Shown here: positions 11,101 through 24,300 of the stretch, piece after piece
Numbering within the stretch: the first letter of the stretch is position 1
Layout of the letters: the number at the start of each line of letters is the position of its first letter
Assembly: GCF_001194135.2 (NCBI RefSeq)
Contig: NC_068981.1
Span: 95,040,413-95,076,749 of the forward strand
Length of the DNA: 36,337 nucleotides
Reading direction: 5' to 3'
DNA from: Octopus bimaculoides
Lineage: Eukaryota
Program-made: the position numbers and the translations under genes
Notes under the pieces: generated by a model
Database searches by the model: none
What the model was told of the DNA's origin: nothing
What the model saw: the letters and a program-made list of their open reading frames with translations, nothing else

Positions 11101-13171
11101 CCATCTTATCTCTCCCCTACTCTCTCTCTCTACCTCACTCTCCAACTGAAGTAGCCATGTATATTCTCTGGTGCAAGATACTTATTTCTGTCCCTTTATT
11201 GATACTCTAACCACTCATCACTGGCACAAAGCCATTTCTTCAATACTACTTCACCCCTCAGTTGAGGTGTCTTACCTTGCGAGTTCCTTAATGACCTCAC
11301 TACTGCTGGTGTCACATAAAAAGCACCCAATACATTCTGTAAAGTGGCTACCATTAGGAAGGGCATCTAGCCATAGAAATTCTACTGTCTACAAAAGCAG
11401 ACAGTAGAGCTTGATGCAGTCTTCTGACTTGCCAGCTCCTGTCAAATAATCCAACTCATGCCAGCATGGAAGATGATGCTAAATGATGATGATAAAAGCT
11501 TTTGGTAAGTATTGTGTTTGGTCAGTTTGATTTTTATAATCCTCATCAACCAATTCATGGCTTTGTGTCAATGAGAGAAATCACTATTAGCCCTTGTAAT
11601 AAAATTGGCCAAAGTAATCCTGGCACTCTGTCTGTTTCGATGAAAAGGGTTCTAGCTGATCTGATTAAGGGAACAGCTTGCTTGTGAAATTAACATACAT
11701 GTAGCTGAGCACTCCACAAATACATGTACCCTTCATGTGGTTCTCAAGGGGATTCAGTGTGACACAGAATGTGCCAAAGCTGGCCCTTTGAAATACAGGT
11801 ACTACTCATTTTTGCCAGCTGAGTGAACTGGAGCAATGTGAAATAAAGTGTCTTGCTCAAGGACACAACATGTTGCTGGGAATTGAACTCCTGATCTTAT
11901 GATCATGAGCTGAATACTCTAACCACTAAGCCATGCACCTTCATGACCAGAGTAATATATAACAAGTAAAGCAAATGATTATGAAAATAAGGTGCTGGAT
12001 GGTTAAGCACAGAGGAGTAACACCTGAACATAACACTTAACATGTTTAGCTCCCAATCAAACTCAGCTTGCTTTAGATTGTTTGACTGAACAAAAAACAT
12101 TGTCCCACCCCTATGTTAAGGTTGATTGGTTTTAAGAGGTTAGTGACAGAAAGGAAATCCAACCTGTGAAACAATTGTTGCAAGAAATATGATGTGTGCA
12201 TAAAAGAAAAGGTGTCATATGTAATGCCATATATAAAATTGTAGCGTTGAAATGATCATCATACAAAATGAACAAATCCAATAGCTTACCTCGAAGTTCT
12301 TTTACATTTACAATATTCTGGCATTTACCACATTCTTCAACAGTCAACTGGCCTGTTTGGAAAATTGAACACTGTACACAGGCCTTAGTTTCGTTGCATT
12401 TTCCAGGACATGTCTAAAGAAAGACAAAATATGTTTAAATTCAACTAACTTGAAAGAATGGCAATCTTATTTCTTTAATTTTTTTTTCAAATATACATAC
12501 ATGCACATAAACATATACATATACTTACACAAATATACATACATACATACACACAAACACATACATATATACACAAAAAATACATAAACATAATCAATTT
12601 AGCTGAAAAAAAATTTTAGAAATAAGAATTTTGTATGGAAATTGCCTAACAGATACTTTCGTTATCATGACATTTTAATTAAAAGATTGCCAAAGGAATT
12701 GATATACAAAATATAATAGCCAACAAATAACTTAGATATGAATACTTACTGGACATTCTTCACATGTAGGACCTCTGTATAATGTAGTTTCAAAGCATTT
12801 ACATGTGCCACAATCACAATGTCCTTGCCCATTACATATAAGCTAAAAGAAATCAACAAATAAATTTAATCTTATAAACAAATACAAATACTGATTGAAT
12901 AAAAACATTTTTTATTAGAGCTAAAGTTATGTTTGAATTCTTTTATTCTTTTATTTGTTTCAGTCATTTGACTGCAGCCATGCTGGAGCACCGCCTTTAG
13001 TTGAGTAAATCGACCCCAGGACTTATTCCTTGTATGCCTAGTACTTATTCTATCGGTCTCTCTTGCCGAACCGCTAGGTGATGAGTACGTAAAAACACCA
13101 GCATCGGTTGTCAAGCGATGTTGGAGGGGACAAACACAGACACACAAACATATACATACACACACACGCAC

Positions 13172-13226
<55 letters not shown>

Positions 13227-16200
13227 ACGGGCTTCTTTCAGTTTCTGTCTACCAAATCCACTCACAAGGCTTTGGTCGGCCCAAGGCTATAGTAAAAGAC
13301 ACTTACCCAAGGTGCCATGCAGTGGGACTGAACCCGGAACCATGTGGTTTGTGAGCAAGCTACTTACCACACAGCCACTCCTGCACCTATGAATAATCAC
13401 TTTTTAGGTTTTGCCATATTGATTAGGTAATTCAAGGATAGATATTACTGAGCATATATACAAAAAATGTTCAGTTCCAAAATCATATCTTAAAATTTCA
13501 TTTTAAGCATTTCAAAGTTATCATACAATTAAAGATTTGACTACTCACAGCATTCTAGTTTTAGTTACATTCCGCTGTTTCCTTGCCTTTCCAGGCTAGA
13601 ATTAGGGCTTTTAGATAATGATATTTTTCTCATCATTAAGGGTGTAATTTTAATTAAAATTTCTTTCTCACTTCATAATATATGTTTGTGCCAACAAACT
13701 TCGTATGGAGTTCTTTTATAATTTTTCTTGCAATTTTACAGTAAAACTCACACGCAAAACAACTCAATACACTTATTACATGCGTAAACAACATCAGTGG
13801 GATGGTTGTGATGAGGCTACTATATCATTTTTTTTTTAAACATATGACTCCTGTAATTAACTGAGCCAATGCCAAGCAACATAGAATTCAATTTTTATTT
13901 CAAATTATCAAAGAAAAATGTGGTTCCCAAACAAAATTTGGACCAGTGTAAGTAGGACACATTTTTGCTGGCATGAATATGCATTGTGAATCAATGTTAT
14001 ACACTTTGTGAAAAAATACAGTGAATTAATGGTGAAAGCTATGTTTATTAAATGTAGAAAATGACTTGGGATTCTTACAAAATGTGGAAATATGCTGGTA
14101 GATTCACCTAAAACATACCAGCATGGAAAAATAAATGTTTAAATGAAGACATGCGTGTTCATTGTAGAATATACTAGTAAAAGCTTTAAATATTAAAAGG
14201 AACACCTCTTTTATATCATTTATATTAGAAATCTATTAAATTAGATTCAAAATTCAATATAATCTTTATCATGGGCTGAGAAGGAAAATTATTCATAGGT
14301 ATTATGGCCCCAGTCAGCTTGGCTGAAATATATGGAACAGACATAACCAACTGACTACATAAGAGCAAGTTATTAAAATATTTGCATTTTGAAATATTAT
14401 TACACTTTTTTTCCCCTATTATTTCTTTTAGCACTAACTATTAGTGATTTTTAGTAAATCTTAATGTTTTCTACTGTTTACCTTATTTTAGCTGTCACAG
14501 TATCTAAGCTTATCAAAATAGAAGCTTGAAATAAACAATATTTATAAAGCAATATTTGATTAGATAAATAATATTTATAAAAAGAAACTTACTTCAGTTG
14601 ATAAAGCTATACAGGAATCATTTGAAGTAGCACATCCACAATCTGAGTTTTTAAATCCTTCATTACACTTACATAGACCACATTCACAATGGCCACGTTC
14701 TTCTCCTAAAATAGACAGGAAAAACAGAGGTTTCATTAGTGTGATATATTTGATTTAACATAAGTTGAACATAAGAAATAGGTTTGTAAGTCATTTACTG
14801 AATATGTAAACCTTTCTTTTAATGACTTTTTCTTTTAAGGTAAGATTAATTGAGGAAAACCTAACTCAAATGCCTACAACAAAATAGACTCTTCTCAAAC
14901 ATTTGAGAACCCGGTGAAAGATCAAGTCAATCACCTAAGGTGAGGGACAATTCCTATGATAGGTTTCTATATTTTCCCTGCCTACCATATTTTGCACACA
15001 AGGCTCCATACAGCTTTATAGTAGAAGATATATACTCAAAGTGCTATGCAGTAGCATCGAACCTGAACCCATGAAGTTGTTAACCCTTTAGTGTTTAAAC
15101 CAGCCATATCTGGCCCAGATATTTCTTCTGTTTTATGTTCAAACTAGCCTGATCTAACCTCTCACACCTACCCTACAATGCCATTCTAAAAATAGACAAT
15201 AATAGCATCGAAATCTCAAAGTTATGAGACAATACATCATTAATTCAAAAGAATATGAATAAATAAGTTTTACATTTGACAGAATAATTTGAATACTAAA
15301 GGGTTAAGTGAACTTCAAAACCATGCATGCTCCCACTATATTTATTCATTTAACAATAGGCTAAAGATAAAATTGAAAACATTCTTAACACTTAGAATTT
15401 CTACACAGGTATTAGTAGCAGTTTATAGGGAAATAAAATATTCAAAGATTACTATAAGAACAATAATAGTCAAACATTTTTGTTATTTTTAAGGGTTAAG
15501 AAAGAAGAAAAGTTGTGATATTCAAGTCTTTCAAAGGAACTAGGGATGAAAGTGTAATAGTTTCATTAGAAAATTTACGATAAATTGCAGATTCAGTTCA
15601 GCAAGAATTCTCAGTAATATTGACTTCTTATATTGACACAAGACCACATATTTGTAAAGAGAGATATAATCAACTGAATCTACTTAAGTGCATGCATAGC
15701 TCTTATGCTAGTAATATCAGAAAGATGAAAAGTAAAGTTGATCCTGGTAGGATTACAATGAACAATAAAGAAGCATAACAGAATACTGCAAATTATTCAG
15801 TCAGGTGCACTAGCATTTCTGACATTCAAGCATTTATTGTTTAAATTATATTGTTTCTAGCATAGGCAAAAAGCTTGAAATTTGGGGAGAGGGCCAGTTG
15901 TTACCATCATCCCCTATACTTGACTGATACTTTATTTTATTGATCCTGGAGGATAAAAGATAAATTAGCTTCAGCATGATTTGAACTCAGAATATAAAGA
16001 GCTGGAACGGATTTTGTCCAATACTCTAATGATTCTGACAATTTTATACATAAATGAAGTATAGCTGAATTTTAGTACCAGAATAGAATTAGAAAAGACA
16101 AAATGTTTTGAAAGTATCTTTGTAGAGTACAAAAACAAACAGGAAAAAATACAGAAAAATACCTAATAGTTATTGAATAAATAATTATTACAATTAACAA

Positions 16201-18329
16201 TATGAGATAAAAATAAGATAACTTACCTCCACATAGTTTTCCATTATAATAATCACAAGAATAATCATCACATTCACAAAAATCTCCACTGTATGTCTCA
16301 TTTGAACTTGTAGTGCGAGGAAAACAATCACATATACCACAAACACAGTCACCGCGTCCAGAACAAGCAGTAGTGCTGTTTGGTCTGCAATAAAACATAA
16401 TTGTTTACATTGTTAAGATAATAAGATACTGATACAATTATAATGGAAATGAAGCTAATGTGTAGCAGAATACAATAAATTAAAATATAATCAAATAAGC
16501 AAAAAAATAACTATAGCTAAATTTCAAAACAAATCAATGTAATGCTCTCTTTTGGTTGGTAAACAACTATGAATTGAAGTGCATAACTTGCTCTGACATT
16601 TTCCTCAGAAAACTATTATACGATAAAAAAAAAGTAAGGTATAGTACATATAGTTATTTTAAGTCTCATGAAAAACTTCTGTAACATTCTGCCTATGATT
16701 CTTTGCATAACCACATACTTTCAAAGATATTTATTTTCCTCTTAATAAGGGTTTGTGAAAATAATCAAGTAGCTTTTATAATCTTTTTCTCAGAAAATCA
16801 GAAAACTAATACATACCACTCAGCATATGTTTTAGCAAAAAAAGAGATATATTTGGAAAATGTGATGGAACAAATGGGGCTAAAATGTGCAATGAATATA
16901 ATTTCTATTATTTAATCATATTATTAACTTTCATTAACAGCATATGGAAATATTTCTTAGTTACAAAATGGTGTGGGGAAAAACTTGGGAAATACAGAAA
17001 ACTATGACAGCTTTAGAGGAAAATAAGGACAAGAATGAGTAATCTTGTTAAATGTTTATTAATTATTTTGTGGTAGTGTAATATCTTTCTAGAATTACTA
17101 AAGAAGTCTTGTATAAAATAGATTCTAGATGTGAAGATTTGTGGAAGGATAATGACTTTCAAAGAAAGCAAAGCTATTTCCAACAAAAATTACAAAGTAT
17201 ACAAGTGATCCAGAACCAATTTATGTATCCCTCAGCTTAAAGTGTTGCAATTATTTTGATATTTTTTTTACTACTACTACCATCATTGTTTTTTTTTTTG
17301 TCTACTTTTCTAATGCTTGCATGATCAGATGAAATTTGTTGAGACAGACTTTCTATGGCTGGATGTCTTCTTTGCTTCTAAGCACAGCAAAATATTTACC
17401 TTAATCCTTTAAACATGCACAGCAAGATGGTTGGATATACCCGAAACCATGTAGTTACATGAACTTTCTTAACCACGCAGCCATGTCTATATGTTTGTAT
17501 TTAATAATATACAATTTAGTATTTTCCTTTATTATGTTCCTATTCAATTGCTTTCTCACATTTTTTCTTTTTAAATTTTATCTCACATTTTGCTGGGTAA
17601 AAAAATGGTATTCTTATGACTAAAGTTGAAAAGTTTAATAGCTAGTAAATTTTGTAAACTAATCACTATAAGGAGGCAAGAGTGCAAGCAAAATATTCAA
17701 ATATCTAAAGTTTAGCATGAATTAAGAATCTTATATGAATGTTGGTAGCATAGAAAAATAAAACAAAGGGTTTACAACACACTCTACGAAAGAAAATTTG
17801 ATGTATGTTTATAAACATGAATAAATAATTAGAAAAATATTCACCTAATGCATTTTGCTAATGCTTCTTCATCACTAGCATCAGAGCCATCACATTCACA
17901 ATATTTACCATAATGACCTTCATTGCATGTACATGCACCACACTCATAAGTTCCACTATTGTTGCACAGTGCATAGTTTTTTTTCTGAATGAAAATAAGA
18001 AAGTATAATGCTTCATTGCTCAGCTAGCAGTAAAAAGGAACAACAACAGCAAATAATTCATTATTTACAAATCAATTTTAAAAATCATGCTGAATTAGTA
18101 GAAGAATAAAAATGTTGAATTAGTAGTACAATCTTGACAGCTTAGTTACTGCAAGAAGAAAAATTGTTCTAGGATTGGTCTTTTGAGCTTCCCAACTGTA
18201 AACACATCAGAGAAGAAGCTAGAGGTAGGTTAATACAATGAAATGTTAACTCGGTGTATTTGAGTTAAACATAATAAATTGATAGAAACAGTTGAGCGAG
18301 AGAGGGGGGGAGGGAGAGAGAGAGAGAGG

Positions 18330-18385
<56 letters not shown>

Positions 18386-21300
18386 AGTAAAATTTGAAAC
18401 AGTTTGGTTTAATTTTTGAGCTTGTTAACTGGTTGTAAACAGAGAAGGAGTTATGACAAAATTTGAAACAAACAGATATGGAGAAATAAGGAAATGTCTA
18501 GGGAATGAAGGTTAAGAGGGAAAAGAAAGAAAAATTGGTTTATTAGGACTTGTCTGCCAGATTGTAAACTTGTTTAAAGAGGTGAGTATAAAAAGATAAA
18601 ATTTTACCCCAAATCAAACATTGTTATAATGGCAACTACTGGTGTAAAGAGAAAATGTTCATCATATATTTGCTACTTTCACATTTTAAGTTGTAGAGTT
18701 TGCAGAAGTTAATGATAATAGAACTGTTGAGAGGATATTTTCTGTATCAGAGAAAGTTGGAAGAGATACAAGATAGCTTTAGTAGAAATGCCAAAGGCAA
18801 AAGGAGGCAGACAATGTCTAGGGATGAAGGGAAAATAATTAGACTTGATCACCACTAACAAGAGGAGTAATGGAAACATTATAACTCTGCTATTGATAAC
18901 ACTGAAGGCTACCAAAATAACTCCTAATCCATCATTGAAACCAAGATATCCCAGGTAACATAAATTAGTTGCACACAATTTTGAAGTGAAAAAGTAGTAT
19001 GGTTGGGCATAATGAGTGTATAACTAGTGTTTTTTATTATTTCTTTGGAAATAAAGAAGGTGGCATTAAAGGAAAGAAAACTATCCATGTGAAAATAACA
19101 ATAGTACTTGTGTGCACAAAAGATGGGACTAAACTTAAGCCTATAATGATATTTGAGAAGAAAAGATTGAAGAGAGAATAACTGTCCCTGGAGCATCTGG
19201 AACATCGGTTCACTATCATCTCAAGATGATAGATGGATGACTCAATTAAAATAAGTGTGGAGTAAGAGACCAGGGCCCCTCCTAAAGATGAAATCATTCA
19301 CAACATAGGATGCATTTCAAGCACACAAGATTGAAAAAGTGAATGAGAAGGTCAAGTTGCTGAATATTGTTAGCCAAAATGCCAGCCTGTCAACCTTACA
19401 TCTTTGTCACAACATTTGGTTGTAGTGCTCAACAGAAGGATAGAGTATAGGAGATGTAGATAACTTAGATATCTTCAGAGCAGAAGTAACAAATAAGAGG
19501 TGGCAATCACAAAATATCAAACTTGTCTCTTGTAACTGTAGTTAAACAATACTTTGTATGATATTCCAACTGAGATGGTGATTTTGAGTTTTTTATAAAC
19601 AAGAATATTAAATAACATGAAACTGAAGATGAAACCAAAGAAATAACAGCATGGGATGCAACTGAAAAGTAGAACTTACGAAAATAGAAGTTTGGCACCA
19701 GTAATGATGAAAATCTGAATTTGATGGCTTTTAATTGGATTTTATGTTGTAAAAAATAATTTTTTGCTTTTGATAATTTCATTAATTGTGCTTAAACTTA
19801 AACATGCTCTGATGATTCTTTTATGACTTCTTAAATGACATTTTTGATATTTTCAGTCATGTATTATTTATGTAGGGATATTCTGTAATGATGTTAGTAA
19901 TTTACTTGTTAATGTGTTCAACATAACAACTCATTTTTAATAACAGTAGAAGGTAATGTAATTTCAAAAGTTCTCTGGCACTTATAATCATACTTTCCAT
20001 GTAAATTTCCATTATAAAAGTATTTTTTCTTAACTTATCCTTGCAAAATATGAAGTGTAACTTAAACACAAGTAAATATGGTACTTACTTCATACTTCGG
20101 CTTTTCACACTCACATTCACAAATCATATCCAGGTCAATTGTCAGTTTCTCTTTCAAGCCAACTGGATAAATACTGATAGAGCGCTGTGTTTCTGAGGAA
20201 CAAGAATGTACTTCGATGCTGACATCAAATGTTACCTGAAGACAATTGAAACAAATAATTTTCAGTTTAAAATCATTTCGAGTTTTAAATCTGAAAGGAG
20301 AAAGTAACTTCCAATTTCACACTCTGGAAATGAAAGTAGTGAAAATAATTGTTCTATACCTTGCAATGAAAGAAAAAAATATAACAAAACAATGTAACAA
20401 CATTACATATTAAATACTAATGAGAAAAGAAGCAAACTCCTGGTGAACTTTTGACTCTCAACTTTTCTATTTTTGTTATTCAAACAGAAGATATACAGCT
20501 AATAGAAATGATGATGATGATCATCATCATTGTCGTTTAACGTCCACTTTCCATGCTGGCATGGGTTTGACGGTTTGACTGAGGACTGGTGAGCCAGAAG
20601 GCTGCACAAAGCTCAATCTGATCTGGCAAAGTTTCTACAGCTGGATGCCCTTCCTAAAGCCAACCACTCCGAGAGTGTAGTGAGTGCTTTTACATGTCAC
20701 CAGCATGAAGGCCAGTTAGGCGGTTCTGGCAATGACCACGCTCAAAAGGTGTTTTTTATGTGCTACTTGCACGGGAGCCAGTCCAGCAGCACTGGAAATG
20801 ACCACACTCAAATGTTGTTTTTCACATGCCACCAGCATGTGCCGGTAAGGTGATGCTGGCAACGATCACGCTTGAATGGTGCTTTTTACATGTCACCGGC
20901 ATGGAAGCTAATCTGTGGCCCTGGCAACGATCATGCTTAGATGTGCTTTTAATGTTCCACTGGGATGAGTGCCAATCAGGTGGTACTGTCATCGGCCACG
21001 TCAGTGATTTCGATTTTGATTTCACTTGCCTGAATAGGTCTTCGCAAGCAAAGTTTATTGTTCAATGGATGAAGGGTATTCATAAGTGGGCTAGTTACAC
21101 CCACTGGCATAGGCCACGGGCTATGGTCTCATTTGGCTTGTCAGGTCTTCTTGAGCACAGCATATCTCCAAAGGTCTTGGTCACTAGCCATTGCCTCGGT
21201 AAGGCCCAATGTTCAAAGGTCGTGCTTCACGTCCTCATCCCAGGTCTTCCACAGGTTCCCTCAACTGCTAGGGTGTGGCACTTTTTCACACAGCTGTCTT

Positions 21301-24300
21301 CATTCATTCACAACACACGACTATATTAGTACAGTTGTTCTCTTGCACACCACATCTGATGCTTCTTAAATCCAACTTTTCTCTCAGGGAGCTTACACTC
21401 TATTGTGTATGCACACAGACATTTTCTTCATGACCATCCAGCCTTCTCAGACATTGTGTATCTAAGAATTTTTTTGTATTCAATATGTTTCTCCATTTTC
21501 AAAACATTAGGATTTAATTTGAGGGGGATGTGGCAGTAATTACTAGCAATTATACAAAAGCTCCCTTAATCCTTTAGCATTCAGATTACTCTGTCAAATG
21601 TATTGCTTATTTATTCTCTGGGTTTTCAATTAATCATGCATTATCTTGGAGCTTTGAGATTTCAATGATGTAATTGTTTATTTCCAAAATGACATTGTAG
21701 GGAAAATAAGAGAGGTCAGATCTGGCTGCTTTGAACATAAAACAGGTAGAATATTTGGGCCAGATATAGCTAGTTTAAATACAAAAGGGTTAATAGCTCA
21801 AAATATAAAATCATCATCATCATCGTCATTTAATGTCCACTTTCCATGCTAGAATGGGTTGGACGATTTGACTGAGGACTGGTGAAACCAGATGGCTACA
21901 CCAGGCTCCAATCTGATTTGGCAGAGTTTCTACAGCTGGATGCCCTTATAATTCCCGCATTATATTCTAGCATCTGAAGATTATCACAAATCCCTTTATA
22001 TTTTTAAAATGCTTTAGAAGCAGTTTAGTCATTGACCAAAAGATTAGTGTCCTATATGTAAATGATTCATTTAAAGCACAAAAGTATCAACATTCTGGCA
22101 AAAACAAGAAATATACAAACTAGTCAGTTTATGAAATTGTCCAATTCCTTGATATTTAGCAATTTGCAAATTAATATAAATTTTATTATATAGAATGAAT
22201 TTCTTAACTGATTATTTCCAAACAGTACATTAACCTAGAGAATATATTAATTATTTTTATTAATATTTTTACCTATTGCGTTTTTTTACAATTTCAAAAT
22301 TTTGTATTACCTTACATGTCCAATAGACATTTATTTACTTAAAATATAGTACAGGTATATTATTTTTTTAATTGAAAGAATATTGTCAACCAATTAATAC
22401 ATTACTAATTGCTAAAAGACAAAAAGTGAAGGCAAGCTTGGATGATTTTGGAACATAAACTAATACTGTAAATTATGTGTTCCTGTTCTCTGTGCTTTTT
22501 CCTGCTGCAAACTTCATCAATATCATTTCATTCATTTGTTAAAAATCATTGCAAATATTTTTCAAATCTCCATCAAATGACTTATTTTATTTAAGATGAA
22601 TTTATTTAAAAAACAATCAACTAGATCTTTCAGTTTAATTCATACAACATTTTCCAAGTTAACCATATAAGTACAAAATAGACAGACACAAATTATCAAA
22701 TAAATTATGCATACCAAAAAAAAAAAAAAAAAAATCACAAACCTCTTCTCCAATTTTCAGTTTTTTACATTTATTAGTCTCTGCGTAATCTGATGAATTT
22801 CTAAAAAAAAAAAATTGATATAAACATTTAAGAAAATAAGTCAAATGTGTGCATGTGTTTGTGTATGTTTATAATTTAACATCAATTTAAAATGTTTTTA
22901 TCTATGTGGTATAGATTTTTACAAGATCTATTATTTCATCTCATGGCTTCCTCAGTTTTCAAACTTATTGCTATTGACCACTTTTAACTGAAAGCCACCA
23001 CAAATCAATGTTCAGAAGCAAACACTTAAGGTAAATTTTCATGTTTTTAGCCATTTATTGAACTAAATAATGTCAATCAGACTTTCTATCTTACCTTTCA
23101 GGTTAGTAATCAAAATATTCACAGGTTTTACAGACACATCCTTTCCAACATAGAACTTCTTAGGTTTAATATATACCTTTTATTCGCCTTGTACTAGAGT
23201 CACATCTATAATTAATACCAGTCAGTCAACCACAAGACCAAGCCCTCATAATAATTATGTCCCTATCTTGTGCCTTTAAGATGGTGCTTATTGTCTTCTG
23301 TTAACTGATTAAACCTACCATCCGTTTGGCCAATAAGTTATGCTTTTTATCTATCTTCCTGTTTTCAACATAAACTTCCATATCAACACACATCATTTCA
23401 ATGTTTTCTGTTACATTTCCATTATTTCTTCATAGTTCTTTATGCTCAAAGAAATAACTAGTTGGAATGAAGGAAGGTGTGACTGATAATCAAATAAATA
23501 TTCATATTTGAGAATGATAAGATAAAGAGAGAAGAGATTAGATCATTGCAACAGCATAGTAAAACTAAAGTTGGATAGGAACTATTAGATGTGGATGAAA
23601 GTATTAAAAGTGTAGGGGAGAAATACTGATATTTGATTGAATATGACAAAGAGATGAAAATACAAGATATATTAAGGAATGGTAGAGAGAAAGAGAGAGA
23701 GATTTAAAGATAGTTCAAGAGTGATTAGTAGTGAAGCTAAACAGATGAAATGAGTTATCAGAGTTACAGCAAAGCCAAAGTGATAGAAAATAGTTTCATG
23801 CTATAATGCAACATGGAAAGACCATTTGATGTACATAGGTGAAAACTGCAAACCAGTTTTCATGCTCATTGAAAAACTGCTCCATGACTTAACAGAAAGA
23901 AATCAAAGTTTGCACAAATTTCGAGCCAAAAGGTAATGGGATTGTATTAGCAAATAACATGCAGCAGGTCAGTGGCCATGAAAAATAATAGCAAACAGAG
24001 TATTTAAAAGCATCAATTTAAATATTTAGGTGTTTGTATAAAGCAGTGTTTAGGATGAAACTAGTAAAAGACAACAAAAGAGTATCTTATTTTCTTGAAT
24101 TATTCCTATGAAAGCACAATTTGTTGTTATTTGAACATACATAATAAATGCTAGCAGAGTGTGTTTATAAACAGCCACATAGAAATGCATTCAAATATTT
24201 CTAAACTAAATATATATATTATTAAATCTTTAAGTGCTTACTATGTTAGAGAAGCAACGTGCAGTAAGTAGTCAGCTTTAAAAAAAAAAAGGGGACACTG

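Noticed and set aside
11382-11407. 9-bp stem hairpin ctactgtct/agacagtag
   Set aside because: Short, inside a decayed RTE 3' UTR and absent from the other copies; compatible with chance
12872-13392. Overlapping ORFs rich in YI/CV/HT dipeptides (also 8128-8334, 26803-27187, 27568-27925)
   Set aside because: Translations of (TA)n/(CA)n microsatellites, SINE bodies and N gaps
16072-16398. 108-aa ORF with apparent N-terminal Met and hydrophobic C-terminus suggesting a stand-alone membrane protein
   Set aside because: It is the 16227-16384 integrin exon read through into flanking introns
20684-21000. CRISPR-like alternation of conserved and variable segments (also the 8029-8142 array)
   Set aside because: Eukaryotic context, degenerate repeats, spacers mutually similar, no cas genes; both lie within retroelements
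20826-21329. 167-aa plus-strand ORF, the longest in the track
   Set aside because: Antisense to an RTE 3' UTR and its minisatellite; no protein family signature
23095-23208. Exon-like stretch with gtaaga and gtatat donors on the minus strand
   Set aside because: Phases or stops are incompatible, no integrin similarity, and the true hybrid-domain exon was found at 24323-24399
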